NCBI GenBank assembly: GCA_965213705.1
Contig: OZ243913.1
Span: 384,001-448,000, forward strand
Origin: Trueperaceae bacterium
GTDB lineage: Bacteria; Deinococcota; Deinococci; Deinococcales; Trueperaceae
Length of the DNA: 64,000 nucleotides
Direction of reading: 5' to 3'
Every line of letters begins with the position of its first letter. The first letter of the stretch is position 1. Made by a program: the position numbers and the translations under genes. The notes under the pieces are model-generated. The model did no database searches. It had not been told where the DNA came from and saw only the letters and a program-made list of their open reading frames with translations. This document shows, piece by piece, positions 38,956-48,144 of this stretch.

Positions 38956-38975
38956 ACATCGACACAGTTCAATAT
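38956..38975. promoter_or_regulatory. Second, degenerate ArsR-operator-like site
   Basis: ACATCGA-N6-TCAATAT, abutting the GGAGG RBS of the next gene. Confidence 0.55.
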
Positions 38976-38986
38976 GGAGGGAAACC

Positions 38987-39475
38987 ATGAACACCCAAAT
39001 CTTTTTGGACGAATTGAAAGAATTGAACCCCGACCTGAGCCTCATCTTCCGCTACGGCGGGGAAACGGTGAGTCCCGGCTACCACGTCACCGAAATTATG
39101 AACACGCTTTACGAGTCGGTGGACTGCGGCGGACAGGCGAACACCTGGCGCGAGACCGTCGTCCAGCTCCAGGGTCCGCGCGCTGACGACGCGCCCGCGT
39201 TTATGACGGTCGGGAAGTTTTTGAGCATTTACGGGCGTGTCACCCAAAGCTTGGCGGTGCAAGACGAGGCTGAACTGAGGCTCGAGTACGGCGACCCCGC
39301 CACGCCCGCGCTGCGCTATCACGTGACGGCGGTCGAGCCTCGAAACAACGCCGTAACCGTCAACCTCACACCGCCGGGCGTAACTTGCAAGGCGCGGGGC
39401 CGCGTGCAAACCAGTTCGACAGGGGCGGACATGACGCTGCTCGAGGTCGCCGACCCACAAAAGGCTTGCTGCTGA
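38987..39475 (+). CDS. DUF6428-like protein of ars clusters
   Basis: YHVTE, VDCGG..N.W.ETVVQL, EYG, TCKA and a C-terminal CC. Confidence 0.8.
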   Translation: MNTQIFLDELKELNPDLSLIFRYGGETVSPGYHVTEIMNTLYESVDCGGQANTWRETVVQLQGPRADDAPAFMTVGKFLSIYGRVTQSLAVQDEAELRLEYGDPATPALRYHVTAVEPRNNAVTVNLTPPGVTCKARGRVQTSSTGADMTLLEVADPQKACC

Positions 39476-39567
39476 AGAGTCTTGTACAGTAAGCGTGTGA
39501 TTCACTCCCGCCCAGCGGTCGCGCTGACAAGTCGCGTTGCCAAAAGGACGACCGTGAAGGGACGGCC

Positions 39568-40797
39568 GTGACCCGCTACTACGGCTGGCGCATGGTCTGG
39601 GCTTTGGCCGTCACGCAGACGGTTGGCTTCGGCGTGCTTTACTACGCCTTTAGCGTGTTTATCGCGCCGATGGAAGCCGAGCTGGGCTGGACGCGGACGC
39701 AAACGTCGGGCGCGTTCTCGCTCGCGCTGCTGCTGTCGGGCGTCGGGGCGCTGCCCGCCGGGCGTTTTGTCGACAAGCACGGCGCGCGCGGACTCATGAC
39801 CGTGGGCTCGCTGCTCGGGGCGCTCCTCGTGTTCGCCTGGTCGGGCGTCCAGAGCTTGAGCGTTTTCTACCTCGTCCAGGGCGCTATCGGCTTGGTGGTG
39901 GCGGCGGTGTTGTACGACGTGGCGTTTACAGTAGTCACCGTGTGGTTTCGGCGCGACCGCGCATCCGCCCTCCTCGTCGTCACGCTCGTGGCAGGGTTGG
40001 CAAGCACGATTTTTATTCCGCTCACGACGTTTTTGACTGAAGTCTTCGGCTGGCGCGACGCGCTAAAAGTTTTGGCCCTCGTTCTCGGGTTGACGACGGT
40101 GCCGCTGCACGCGCTCGTGTTGCGGCGGCGTCCGCGGGATTTGGGCCTCGAGCCCGACGGCGTCTCACCGACGACCTCTCCCCTGCTCCCCGAGCGCAGC
40201 GTCCGCCCTGCCCAAGCCCTGCGCGCGCCGAGCTTTTGGTGGCTCTCGAGCGCCTTTTCTTTGTCCCGAGTAACGATGGTTGCCGTCGCCGCGCACCTCG
40301 TCCCACTGCTTTCAGAGCGCGGTTTCGCGCCGACGACGGTTGCCGCCGCCGCCGGTTCCGTGGGACTTTTTCAGCTCGCGGGCCGCCTTTTTTTTACGCC
40401 CGCCACCGGCCGCGTGCCGCTCACGACCCTCACCGCGGCCACTTTCAGCTTTCACGTCGCCGCGCTGCTCGTTTTGCTCCTCATGCCGGGGCTGACAAGC
40501 ATTTGGCTGTTTGCCGCCCTGTTCGGGATGGCGAACGGCGCGGGCACACTTGCCAGGGCCGCCCTCGTCGCCGACACCTTTGGCGCGGGCCACTACGGCA
40601 GCATCAACGGGGCAATGGCGACGCTTATCGCCGTGGTGCAGACCGTCGCCCCTTTGGGCGCGGGTGCGCTGCACGACACGTTCGGGAGCTACACCCCGGT
40701 GTTGTGGGTGCTCGTCGGGGTCTCGAGCCTCGCTGCGCTGCTCGTCGCGCAAGTTCAGCCTCACAAAGAAGAGGGTGAAGCCGCCTATGCCGACTGA
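39568..40797 (+). CDS. ArsK-like MFS efflux transporter
   Basis: AL.VTQ..G.G.LYY.FS, LY..AF, TL..G.ASTIF.PL and WR...........PLH motifs. Located in the ars operon. Confidence 0.75.
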   Translation: MTRYYGWRMVWALAVTQTVGFGVLYYAFSVFIAPMEAELGWTRTQTSGAFSLALLLSGVGALPAGRFVDKHGARGLMTVGSLLGALLVFAWSGVQSLSVFYLVQGAIGLVVAAVLYDVAFTVVTVWFRRDRASALLVVTLVAGLASTIFIPLTTFLTEVFGWRDALKVLALVLGLTTVPLHALVLRRRPRDLGLEPDGVSPTTSPLLPERSVRPAQALRAPSFWWLSSAFSLSRVTMVAVAAHLVPLLSERGFAPTTVAAAAGSVGLFQLAGRLFFTPATGRVPLTTLTAATFSFHVAALLVLLLMPGLTSIWLFAALFGMANGAGTLARAALVADTFGAGHYGSINGAMATLIAVVQTVAPLGAGALHDTFGSYTPVLWVLVGVSSLAALLVAQVQPHKEEGEAAYAD

Positions 40798-41284
40798 CCT
40801 GAAAGTTCGCCCCACCGTCCACGCCGACTTGAGTGCCGTCGCCAACATCTACAACCAGGGCATCCGCGGTCGCCATGCGACGTTCGAGACTCGAGAACGT
40901 CATCCGGAAGAGTTGGAGGCGTGGCTTGAACGCCCCTACCCGTTTCTCGTTACCGAACGTTCAGGTGAGGTCGTGGGTTGGGTTGCAGGCTCGGAGTACC
41001 GCCCGCGCGACTGCTACCGCGGCGTCGCCGAGTTTTCGGTGTACGTGGCTGAAGAGGCCAGGGGCCAAGGTGTCGGCGACGCGCTGATGGCTGCCTTTTT
41101 GGAGGCTTGCGAAGCGGCAGGATTTTGGAAAGTTTTGTCGCGCATTTTTCCCGAGAATGCGGGCTCGAGAGCCTTATGCCGCCGCCACGGTTTCCGCGAG
41201 GTCGGCGTGTACGAGCGTCACGCGCAACTGGGCGGCGTGTGGCGAGACGTGGTCATCGTGGAGCGGCTGCTGAGCGCAAGCTAG
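40787..41284 (+). CDS. arsN1: ArsN1-type (arsinothricin/phosphinothricin) GNAT acetyltransferase
   Basis: IYNQGI....ATFET, YRPRDCYRGVAEFSVYV, RIFPEN..S and GVWRDV..VE motifs. Confidence 0.8.
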   Translation: MPTDLKVRPTVHADLSAVANIYNQGIRGRHATFETRERHPEELEAWLERPYPFLVTERSGEVVGWVAGSEYRPRDCYRGVAEFSVYVAEEARGQGVGDALMAAFLEACEAAGFWKVLSRIFPENAGSRALCRRHGFREVGVYERHAQLGGVWRDVVIVERLLSAS

Positions 41285-41302
41285 TGAAGTGCTCCAAGGG
41301 CT

Positions 41303-41704
41303 TCAGTCGGGGTAAACAAACCCGAACACCCACAACAGCCACACCGCCAGGTTTTTCACCGGACGGTAGATGAGGACGATGGTCACGAACGCCACCCCGA
41401 CCATAAGCGGCGTCAAGCCCTGAAAAAAGCCGTACCTCAAAACGAGGATAATTCCGACGGCAAGACAAACCAAAACAGTGATGAAGTACGAAAGAACGGC
41501 TGACACCAGAAAGTTGCCCTCACCGCGCCGCTCGAAGCGTGCGCCGCACAGCTCGCAGGCGTCTTTGTTTTGCAAGAAGTCTTTAGCGACGCGCCCTCGA
41601 GCGCAGACAGGGCAACGTCCCCCGAAGGTGGTCGTGAAAAAGCGCTGGAACGCCAACCCGACATCCCGGACGGGCGTGTCTTTCTGTTGTCGATGCGTGC
41701 TCAT
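41303..41704 (-). CDS. DUF983-like Zn-ribbon membrane protein
   Basis: RCPVC..G, CELCG..F and two TM helices, downstream of dnaJ. Confidence 0.75.
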   Translation of the reverse strand: MSTHRQQKDTPVRDVGLAFQRFFTTTFGGRCPVCARGRVAKDFLQNKDACELCGARFERRGEGNFLVSAVLSYFITVLVCLAVGIILVLRYGFFQGLTPLMVGVAFVTIVLIYRPVKNLAVWLLWVFGFVYPD

Positions 41705-41734
41705 GGTTTTGAGAACAGGCTCGAGAGACGAACC

Positions 41735-42865
41735 TCAGGCTCGAGCCTCTTCCTTGTCCTCTTTTTTCTTCTTACCGCCGAAAAAGCCTTTAATTTTTTC
41801 CAGCACCGTTTCGTGCTCGTGTATTTCTTCGCCGACTTCTTGGGCGTAGGCGCTGAGCAAGTCTTTAGCTTTGGCGCTGAGCTTGCTGGGCACTTCAACT
41901 CTGGCCGTCACCACCTGGTCGCCCAACCCGACCTGTCGCAGCCGCGGCATCCCCTTACCGCGCAGGCGGAACTCGGTGCCGGGCTGCACGCCCGCGGGCA
42001 CCTGCACGACCGCCGGGCCGTCGAGCGTCGGCACCTCGAACGAACTGCCTAAAGCCGCTTGGGCGAAACCGAGCGGCAGGTTGTAGTAGAGGTCGTCGCC
42101 CTGGCGGGTCAGGTGCGGGTGGGGTTCTAAGTCGATGTAGACGTACAGGTCGCCGGGCGGCCCGCCGTCCACGCCCGCGTTGCCCTGTTGCGGCAAGCGC
42201 AAGCGGTAGCCCGCGTCGATGCCCTTGGGCAACCCGACCTCGGCCTGGCCGGGCTTACGGGTGCGCCCCGCCCCCCGGCACGCCTTGCAGGGCGTGGTGA
42301 TAATCTCGCCCACGCCGCGGCACTGCGGACACACGGCTTGCGTGACCATCGTACCGAGGAAAGACTGCACCTGCTGGCGCACCTGGCCCGCGCCGCGGCA
42401 CTGGGGGCAGGTCTGTTTGCCGTCCGTGCCGGGTTCGGCGCGTTCGCCGTCGCAGTGGTCGCAGACGCCCAAGCGCTCCACGTCCAGCAGCACCGTTTCG
42501 CCGGCCCTGGCCTGCTCCAAGGTCACGGTGAGTTGCGCTTCTAAGTCTTCACCTTGCGCGCCACGCCCCGCCCGACTTCCTCCAGAAAAGCCCCCGCCGA
42601 ACACCGAGGAGAAGATGTCGAAAATGTCGCCCGAGAACTGCGCCTGCGGGTCGGCCGTGCCGAAGCGGTCGTAGTGCGAGCGCTTTTGCGGGTCGGACAA
42701 TACTGCGTAGGCCGCGTTGATGTGTTTGAACTTTTCTTCGGCCTCATGGTCGCCGGGGTTGCGGTCGGGGTGGTACTGGAGCGCCAGTTTGCGGTAAGCG
42801 CTTTTGATTTCCTTACCGTCCGCCGTGCGCGCCACGCTGAGGGCTTCGTAATAGTCTACAGTCAT
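41735..42865 (-). CDS. dnaJ: Chaperone DnaJ (class A)
   Basis: J-domain HPD, G/F region, four CxxCxGxG-type repeats, GDLYV. Confidence 0.97.
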   Translation of the reverse strand: MTVDYYEALSVARTADGKEIKSAYRKLALQYHPDRNPGDHEAEEKFKHINAAYAVLSDPQKRSHYDRFGTADPQAQFSGDIFDIFSSVFGGGFSGGSRAGRGAQGEDLEAQLTVTLEQARAGETVLLDVERLGVCDHCDGERAEPGTDGKQTCPQCRGAGQVRQQVQSFLGTMVTQAVCPQCRGVGEIITTPCKACRGAGRTRKPGQAEVGLPKGIDAGYRLRLPQQGNAGVDGGPPGDLYVYIDLEPHPHLTRQGDDLYYNLPLGFAQAALGSSFEVPTLDGPAVVQVPAGVQPGTEFRLRGKGMPRLRQVGLGDQVVTARVEVPSKLSAKAKDLLSAYAQEVGEEIHEHETVLEKIKGFFGGKKKKEDKEEARA

Positions 42866-43008
42866 AGGGACAGAGTATACCGGAAACCCTTCAGAAAGCT
42901 TGTATAAACCGACTCACATCTGTTGAGTGCGGGAGGGGAGGGTCAGGGTTAAAAAGGTGGGGAATAGGAGAGTAAAGGCCTTCGATTTTACCTCCTACTT
43001 CCTCTTCC

Positions 43009-43461
43009 CTACCTCATCTTTACAAACCGCGGCGGCTCTATCCCGACCATCCGCGCCATCATCCAAGCTTGCCCCTTGTGGTGCGCCTCGTGGTCGCGCA
43101 GAAACTCGAGCAGGGTCGAGAGCGGCATCTTGCGCCCGCCGAAGGCCTCTATCATCGTGCCGAGCTGTTCTTCGCTCAGGTTGGACAAGGTTTGCTGCAT
43201 GGTTGTGGCGTTGTCGCGCAGGCGCTGTTTGGCGCTCGAGAAGTCCGGGGACGGTTCCGGCTTTTGCGGCGTTTCACCCCGCAGCATGGCGAGGCTGCGC
43301 TCGCTCGCGCCCGCTAAGTGGTCGGTGAGTCCTTGAAAGCTCATGCCGCCGTCCCACGCGGCAAAGTCGCCCTGGTCGTCGGGTAGTTGGTCCAAAAGTT
43401 CCAAAAGCGCCCCGCGGTGCATCATAAAAGCCGCGGCGTGGTCTTGTCCTGTGTTCGTCAT
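43009..43461 (-). CDS. DinB-family protein
   Basis: MSF..L..H and HEAHHKGQ His motif. Confidence 0.88.
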   Translation of the reverse strand: MTNTGQDHAAAFMMHRGALLELLDQLPDDQGDFAAWDGGMSFQGLTDHLAGASERSLAMLRGETPQKPEPSPDFSSAKQRLRDNATTMQQTLSNLSEEQLGTMIEAFGGRKMPLSTLLEFLRDHEAHHKGQAWMMARMVGIEPPRFVKMR

Positions 43462-43510
43462 GTCCGCCTCCTAAAGCTCTGAGGCTACCACGCGGCGTTT
43501 GGTCTTGTTC

Positions 43511-46471
43511 CTACTTCGGATAAAGCTGCCGCTGCGGGACGAGGTGTTTGGTGTAGGGCCCGTACTGCCACCACAACTGCGCGAACGCGCCGCCGCTGCC
43601 GTCGAACAGTTCCAGGCTGACGGGGCAGGTTTGGCCGGCGCTCAAGGTTAGCTTGCCGCTGTTGGGCTGCGGCCCGTGGTAGGTCGTGTCGTTGAACAGG
43701 ACTTGCCCGCAGACTTCCAGGCGCACACCGTCGTCGGTGACGGTGGTGAAAGTGTACTCGCCCGCCTCGGTCGCCTGCACCGCGCCCGTCCAGCGCACGG
43801 TGAAGTCGTCCGCGCGCACGCCCGCAACGGGCGACCCCGGCCACTCGAAGTTGATAACAGGGTCGAGGCGCGTGACCGCCTCACCGCTGAAGTCGCGGCT
43901 GTTAAAGTACGCGCCCGTCAAGCCGGTGCCGCTGCCGGTCACGGGTGGGGGCGGGCCGCCATTTTTGACCTCGAGCTGGTCGTAGTCGTCCGCGGTAATC
44001 ATTTTGACGTGCAGCGTTCCGGCGTCGCCGTCGTAGTAGTAGCTCGGTTTGGAGGCGGTCTCGAGCGCGGCCAAGTCAACTGTCGAAGACAGTTCCCGGC
44101 CGTAGCGGCTGACGACGGGTAGCGCGTCGGCGAAAGGGATTTTCAGCCGCAGGGCGCGGGCCGCGCCCTGTTGCAACACAACGCGGAAAGTCGCGGGTCT
44201 TGCGCCCGCAAAGCCGAGCGTGTACTCGCGCTCCGGCAACAGCAACGTGCGAAAATGTTTGCTCGGCGACGCGCCCGTGCCGAACAGCGTGTGGGTCACG
44301 CCGTCGTCACGGCTGAGGCTGACCGAAACTCGGTCCTCGTCCAAGTTCACACTTAAAGCCGCATAAGTTTCGTCGCACACCCACGCCGTCCACTCGGCGC
44401 GGGCGCTGCACTTGTCGGTCAGCAAAAACGGGTTGTCCACGACGACGTAGCGCTCTGGCGTGCCGGTCACGCTGCCGTCCCGGTCCAAAAACACGGCGCT
44501 GCGGTAGCCGTCCCGGCTCCCCTTGGTGGGGTCTCCGGGTGGCATGGCGCTCTCGTCCAGCTCCAAGTACACCCGCTTTGTGCCGTCGCCTTCAAAGCTG
44601 AGCCCGCCAGCCTCGTTGCGCGGGTCGACCGAGAACGCCGTAAACCGCAGGTAGCTCAGCGCCGAGGCCTGTCGCCGGCTGTTCGGGACGAAGCGCGCAA
44701 AGTGCGAGGCTTCAGCCGACACCTTGCCGTCGTAAAACTCGAAACCGCGCACAGGAAAGTCCGGCTCCCAGGGTTTGGGCAAGCTGCGGCCGTCGGCTCC
44801 AACTTTGCCGTCCTCGACTTGCCAGGGCGGGGGCGTGCCCCTGTTCGCCGTCTCGCCGACGAACAGGCTGTCCGTCACGCTCGTGTCTTGCGAGGCGAAA
44901 GTCGCGCCGACGGCGTTGTCAGCCAGGCGTGCGTCCGTCAAGACGTGGTGCGCCCCGCGCAGCCACACGCCGCGGTTGCGGTTTTTGTAAGCGGTAAACC
45001 CTGTGAACTCGGCGGTGACCGGTTGGGAGGTGTTGCGCCCGTTTTCGACGGCGGTAGGAGTTTCGCTGGGCCGGTAGAAGCTCGTACCCACCGTGCCGTC
45101 CTCGCCGGGACCGCCGTCCACGTGCAAGCCGTCGCTGTTCGCCGAGTGAGCTACGTTGTTCGCAAACAAAGCTAGCGGCGTGTAGCGAGGCCACACCGCC
45201 GCGGTTTTGGACAGGCCGGTCGGGTGTTCGGGCAGGGCCAGCCAAAACCCCGACCCTTCCGAACCCGCGGCGACGTTGTCGGTCAAGCGGTTGGCGGGGT
45301 TGGTTAGCCAGTATACCGCCGGGCCGCGAAAGTCCCGGTCGGAAGGCAACAGGGCGTGTTCTGAGGCGGGTTTGTAGATGCTCAGCCCCAGGTTGTGGTC
45401 GAACACGTTGTCGGTTTCGGCCCCGTCTTCCAAAAAGAAGCAGTGGCCGGGCGCGTCGAAAGCCACGTTGTCCTGGACCAGCACGCCGTTCGAGCCGTGG
45501 ACGGTCACGCAGCGGTTGAAGCTGTGGTGGACGCTCGAGCCCACCACGAACTGGCCCCTGGAGGCGTCCCCCAGCATGTGCCAGTGAACGGGATAGCGGC
45601 CCATTCTGAAACGCTGGCCCATCCGGTAGAGTTCCGTACCGCTGACAAAAAGCCCCCCGCCCATCGCCATAAAGTGCCCGCCGAAACCGTCCACTTCCGA
45701 CGCGGCGTCGCCCTGAACCCGCACGTTGCGGCTCAGCAAACCGACCTCGGCGCGCATTTCAACGGTTTTGCCGCCGTAGGTTTCCCGACCGCTCCAGTGT
45801 GAATAAGCGGCGGGTTTGTCGAGCGACACCTTTGTGCCGGACACCCCGACGACTTCAAACACCTCGGCTTGTCGGTAGTCGAAGTCGGTCGAGGCGACGA
45901 CGACGGCGTCGCCGACGCGCCAGTCGGGGGCGGTGTCCAGCTCGAGCACCGTCCCTCCCTGGTCCAGGGTTTTAGCCAAGCGCGCCCAACTCGTCCTGGG
46001 TTCGCCGTGCAGTTGGACGACGCCGCCCGACATCGCGACCAAAAACTTGCCGCCCATCTTCATGACGTTTTCGTCCGGGCCGGTCAAGGTGATGACGGCC
46101 TTGTGGCTGAAAGGCCGCTCAAACGAGCCGACCTCGAGCTTGCCCGTTACTTCTATCCACCTCGCGCTCAAGCTCAGGTCCTGCGCGTCGAAAACGAGCG
46201 CGCCCCGAATGCTCAGGCTGCCCAGCTCGGGCGGGTTCACGTCGAGGAGGACGTTTTTGCCCGCGGGAATGGTGACGTTTTCGCCTGCACCCGGCACCGC
46301 GCCGCCCCAAGTGGCGGGGTCCGACCAGAGGGCGTTGGGAACGGTCGGAGGGGGTGGAGCGGGCACTTCGGCAGGAGGCGTCTCCGGGGGCGGCTCGGCG
46401 GGTGCGGGCGGCGGGCCGACCTGCTGACACGCGGCGAGCGCCACAAGAAGCGTTAGAAAAAAGCGTTTCAC
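43511..46471 (-). CDS. Lipoprotein with G8 domain, parallel beta-helix (TMEM2/CEMIP-like) and C-terminal PA14 domain
   Basis: Lipobox LAAC, Pro-rich linker, WSDPATW, EVGLLSRN, GRYPVHWH, RCVTVHG, GHCFFLEDG, and GLTGAYF...FTVRWTG...DDG. Confidence 0.88.
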   Translation of the reverse strand: MKRFFLTLLVALAACQQVGPPPAPAEPPPETPPAEVPAPPPPTVPNALWSDPATWGGAVPGAGENVTIPAGKNVLLDVNPPELGSLSIRGALVFDAQDLSLSARWIEVTGKLEVGSFERPFSHKAVITLTGPDENVMKMGGKFLVAMSGGVVQLHGEPRTSWARLAKTLDQGGTVLELDTAPDWRVGDAVVVASTDFDYRQAEVFEVVGVSGTKVSLDKPAAYSHWSGRETYGGKTVEMRAEVGLLSRNVRVQGDAASEVDGFGGHFMAMGGGLFVSGTELYRMGQRFRMGRYPVHWHMLGDASRGQFVVGSSVHHSFNRCVTVHGSNGVLVQDNVAFDAPGHCFFLEDGAETDNVFDHNLGLSIYKPASEHALLPSDRDFRGPAVYWLTNPANRLTDNVAAGSEGSGFWLALPEHPTGLSKTAAVWPRYTPLALFANNVAHSANSDGLHVDGGPGEDGTVGTSFYRPSETPTAVENGRNTSQPVTAEFTGFTAYKNRNRGVWLRGAHHVLTDARLADNAVGATFASQDTSVTDSLFVGETANRGTPPPWQVEDGKVGADGRSLPKPWEPDFPVRGFEFYDGKVSAEASHFARFVPNSRRQASALSYLRFTAFSVDPRNEAGGLSFEGDGTKRVYLELDESAMPPGDPTKGSRDGYRSAVFLDRDGSVTGTPERYVVVDNPFLLTDKCSARAEWTAWVCDETYAALSVNLDEDRVSVSLSRDDGVTHTLFGTGASPSKHFRTLLLPEREYTLGFAGARPATFRVVLQQGAARALRLKIPFADALPVVSRYGRELSSTVDLAALETASKPSYYYDGDAGTLHVKMITADDYDQLEVKNGGPPPPVTGSGTGLTGAYFNSRDFSGEAVTRLDPVINFEWPGSPVAGVRADDFTVRWTGAVQATEAGEYTFTTVTDDGVRLEVCGQVLFNDTTYHGPQPNSGKLTLSAGQTCPVSLELFDGSGGAFAQLWWQYGPYTKHLVPQRQLYPK

Positions 46472-46675
46472 AAGTTTCCTCTCACAGGAGGCTGAGAAAG
46501 TATCGGCAACTCAAAAAGTCGCCCTCAGCCGGTTGCGCTACTCGCTCCCCTCGTCCTAAAGCGCCCAAATGATGAGACGAGGTTCACAGCATTCCGAGAC
46601 AACGTTCCGAGAGCGAAAGACTCTCAGGGTCCAGTCTAGCGGACGCCGCTCTGAAAAGCTGTCTAAAGTTCCACG

Positions 46676-47149
46676 CTAGCGGCGTGGGTAAACAACCCAG
46701 AACCGTTCGCACACCAGCGGCATCGTCTCGTCGAACGCATACCCCGACGCTTCGCCTTCGCGGATGAAAAAGCGTTTGTGCGCCTCACGCCAGTAAGCGA
46801 GCGACCGGTCCCCTTCTCCCTCGGCCCGGGCGAAGTCCGCGCCGACCTCGCCGTAGGGTTTGACCTCGACCCGGGTCGTTTCGATGACGCACAAGGGCTC
46901 TCCCCTGCCGTCCAGAACGATGCTGAGGCGGCCGGTTTCGGGAACGGGTTCGCCGTCCAGCTCGAGCCCCCGCAGCGAACAGCAAGTCGCCGTTTTCGTT
47001 CCCGCTGTGACCAGGCGGCCCAACTCGTCCGCCATCTCCGAACTGTCGCCGAAGCTCCAGGCTTCGTACTCGCTGGGGCGTTCGGCGTCGGGCAGAGATG
47101 CCAGATAAGCTTGCCAAAACGCTTCGACCTGCGGACCGACCTCACTCAT
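46676..47149 (-). CDS. ASCH-domain protein
   Basis: FGD, GTKTATC, EGEGDRSL.YW...H and CERF motifs. Confidence 0.9.
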   Translation of the reverse strand: MSEVGPQVEAFWQAYLASLPDAERPSEYEAWSFGDSSEMADELGRLVTAGTKTATCCSLRGLELDGEPVPETGRLSIVLDGRGEPLCVIETTRVEVKPYGEVGADFARAEGEGDRSLAYWREAHKRFFIREGEASGYAFDETMPLVCERFWVVYPRR

Positions 47150-47283
47150 CGGCTTTTTTCACAACGCTTCACCTCGCGGTTTGGGAGACTTCTCTCGCTC
47201 AGTAGCAACCACATAACCGAATAATCCCTCTTCGATAAAACTTTTGCAAATTCGGTCTAAACGAAGTCAAAGCTCTCACTGCT

Positions 47284-47745
47284 TCAGCGGCGTTTGAGCG
47301 CCTGCAACCGCTTCGTCGCCTCGTCGGCGTTCAGCTCGCCCCGCTCGAGCGCGCTCAACACCTCGGCGCGTTCGTTTTTGGTTTCTTCGACGCTTTCAAA
47401 AGCCTCGTAGCCGAGGGTGCGCAGCAGCGTCTCGAAGCGCAGTCGCACGGTCGGGTAACTGAGACCCAGGATGCGCTCGACCTCTTTGAGGTTGCCCCGC
47501 ACCTTGACGAACAGGCGCAGGTACTCGAGCTGTTCCTCGGGCAGCAGCGCGAACTCGTTGGGTTGAAACCGGCCCTCGATGCTCACGCCGCTCGTCGGGC
47601 ACTCCAAGCGGGTAACCTCCAGCGGCTCGCCCGTCGCCGGGCACTTTACGGGCATCGGCAACTTGGACGTCGGCGGTCTGGACGTCGGCAACTTGGACGT
47701 CGGCGGTTTAGACGTCGGCGGTTTGTCCTGTTGAGACTCAGCCAT
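47284..47745 (-). CDS. DUF2089-family Zn-ribbon/HTH protein
   Basis: CP......VTRL.C.....IEG.F, RGNLKEVE..LG.SYPTVR and a C-terminal SHOCT-like GELNADEA. Confidence 0.88.
   Translation of the reverse strand: MAESQQDKPPTSKPPTSKLPTSRPPTSKLPMPVKCPATGEPLEVTRLECPTSGVSIEGRFQPNEFALLPEEQLEYLRLFVKVRGNLKEVERILGLSYPTVRLRFETLLRTLGYEAFESVEETKNERAEVLSALERGELNADEATKRLQALKRR
47656..47724. repeat. 15-bp tandem repeat x4.6 encoding (P/L)PTS(K/R)
   Basis: CGGCAACTTGGACGT / CGGCGGTCTGGACGT / CGGCAACTTGGACGT / CGGCGGTTTAGACGT / CGGCGGTTT. Confidence 0.9.
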
Positions 47746-48140
47746 CACACGACCTCAATGGTGACGGTCACTTCGTCGGTCGCGCCGCCCGCTTGGATGT
47801 CGACCAGGGGGCCGCTCGGGAAGTTGCCGTCCAGCGAGCCCAAAAGCTCGTCCAAGTCGATGCCTTGCCGGTCTAGGTGGGCGCGCGCCTCTTTGGGGAT
47901 GAACCGCTCGGCGAACTTGGCAAGCCCCAAGGGCACGTTGAGGTTCAGCGTCGACTCGTCGGTGCTGTCCGAAGCGCAAATGCTGATGCGCAGCACCCGA
48001 GCGATGCCCTTGGGCGCGGGCGGCGCGGGCGGTGGGGGCGGCGTACTCGCCGAGCCCAAAGCTTCTAAAAGTTGGGCGGCTTCGTCGGCGGTCAGTTCCC
48101 CGGCGACGAGCAGGTCTAAAATGCGGCGTTGTTCGGTCAT
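47745..48140 (-). CDS. SHOCT-like (YvlB N-terminal-like) small protein
   Basis: RRILDLL..GELTADEA..LLEAL, R.LRI, NVPL.LA and G.LVDI motifs. Confidence 0.75.
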   Translation of the reverse strand: MTEQRRILDLLVAGELTADEAAQLLEALGSASTPPPPPAPPAPKGIARVLRISICASDSTDESTLNLNVPLGLAKFAERFIPKEARAHLDRQGIDLDELLGSLDGNFPSGPLVDIQAGGATDEVTVTIEVV

Positions 48141-48144
48141 GGAT

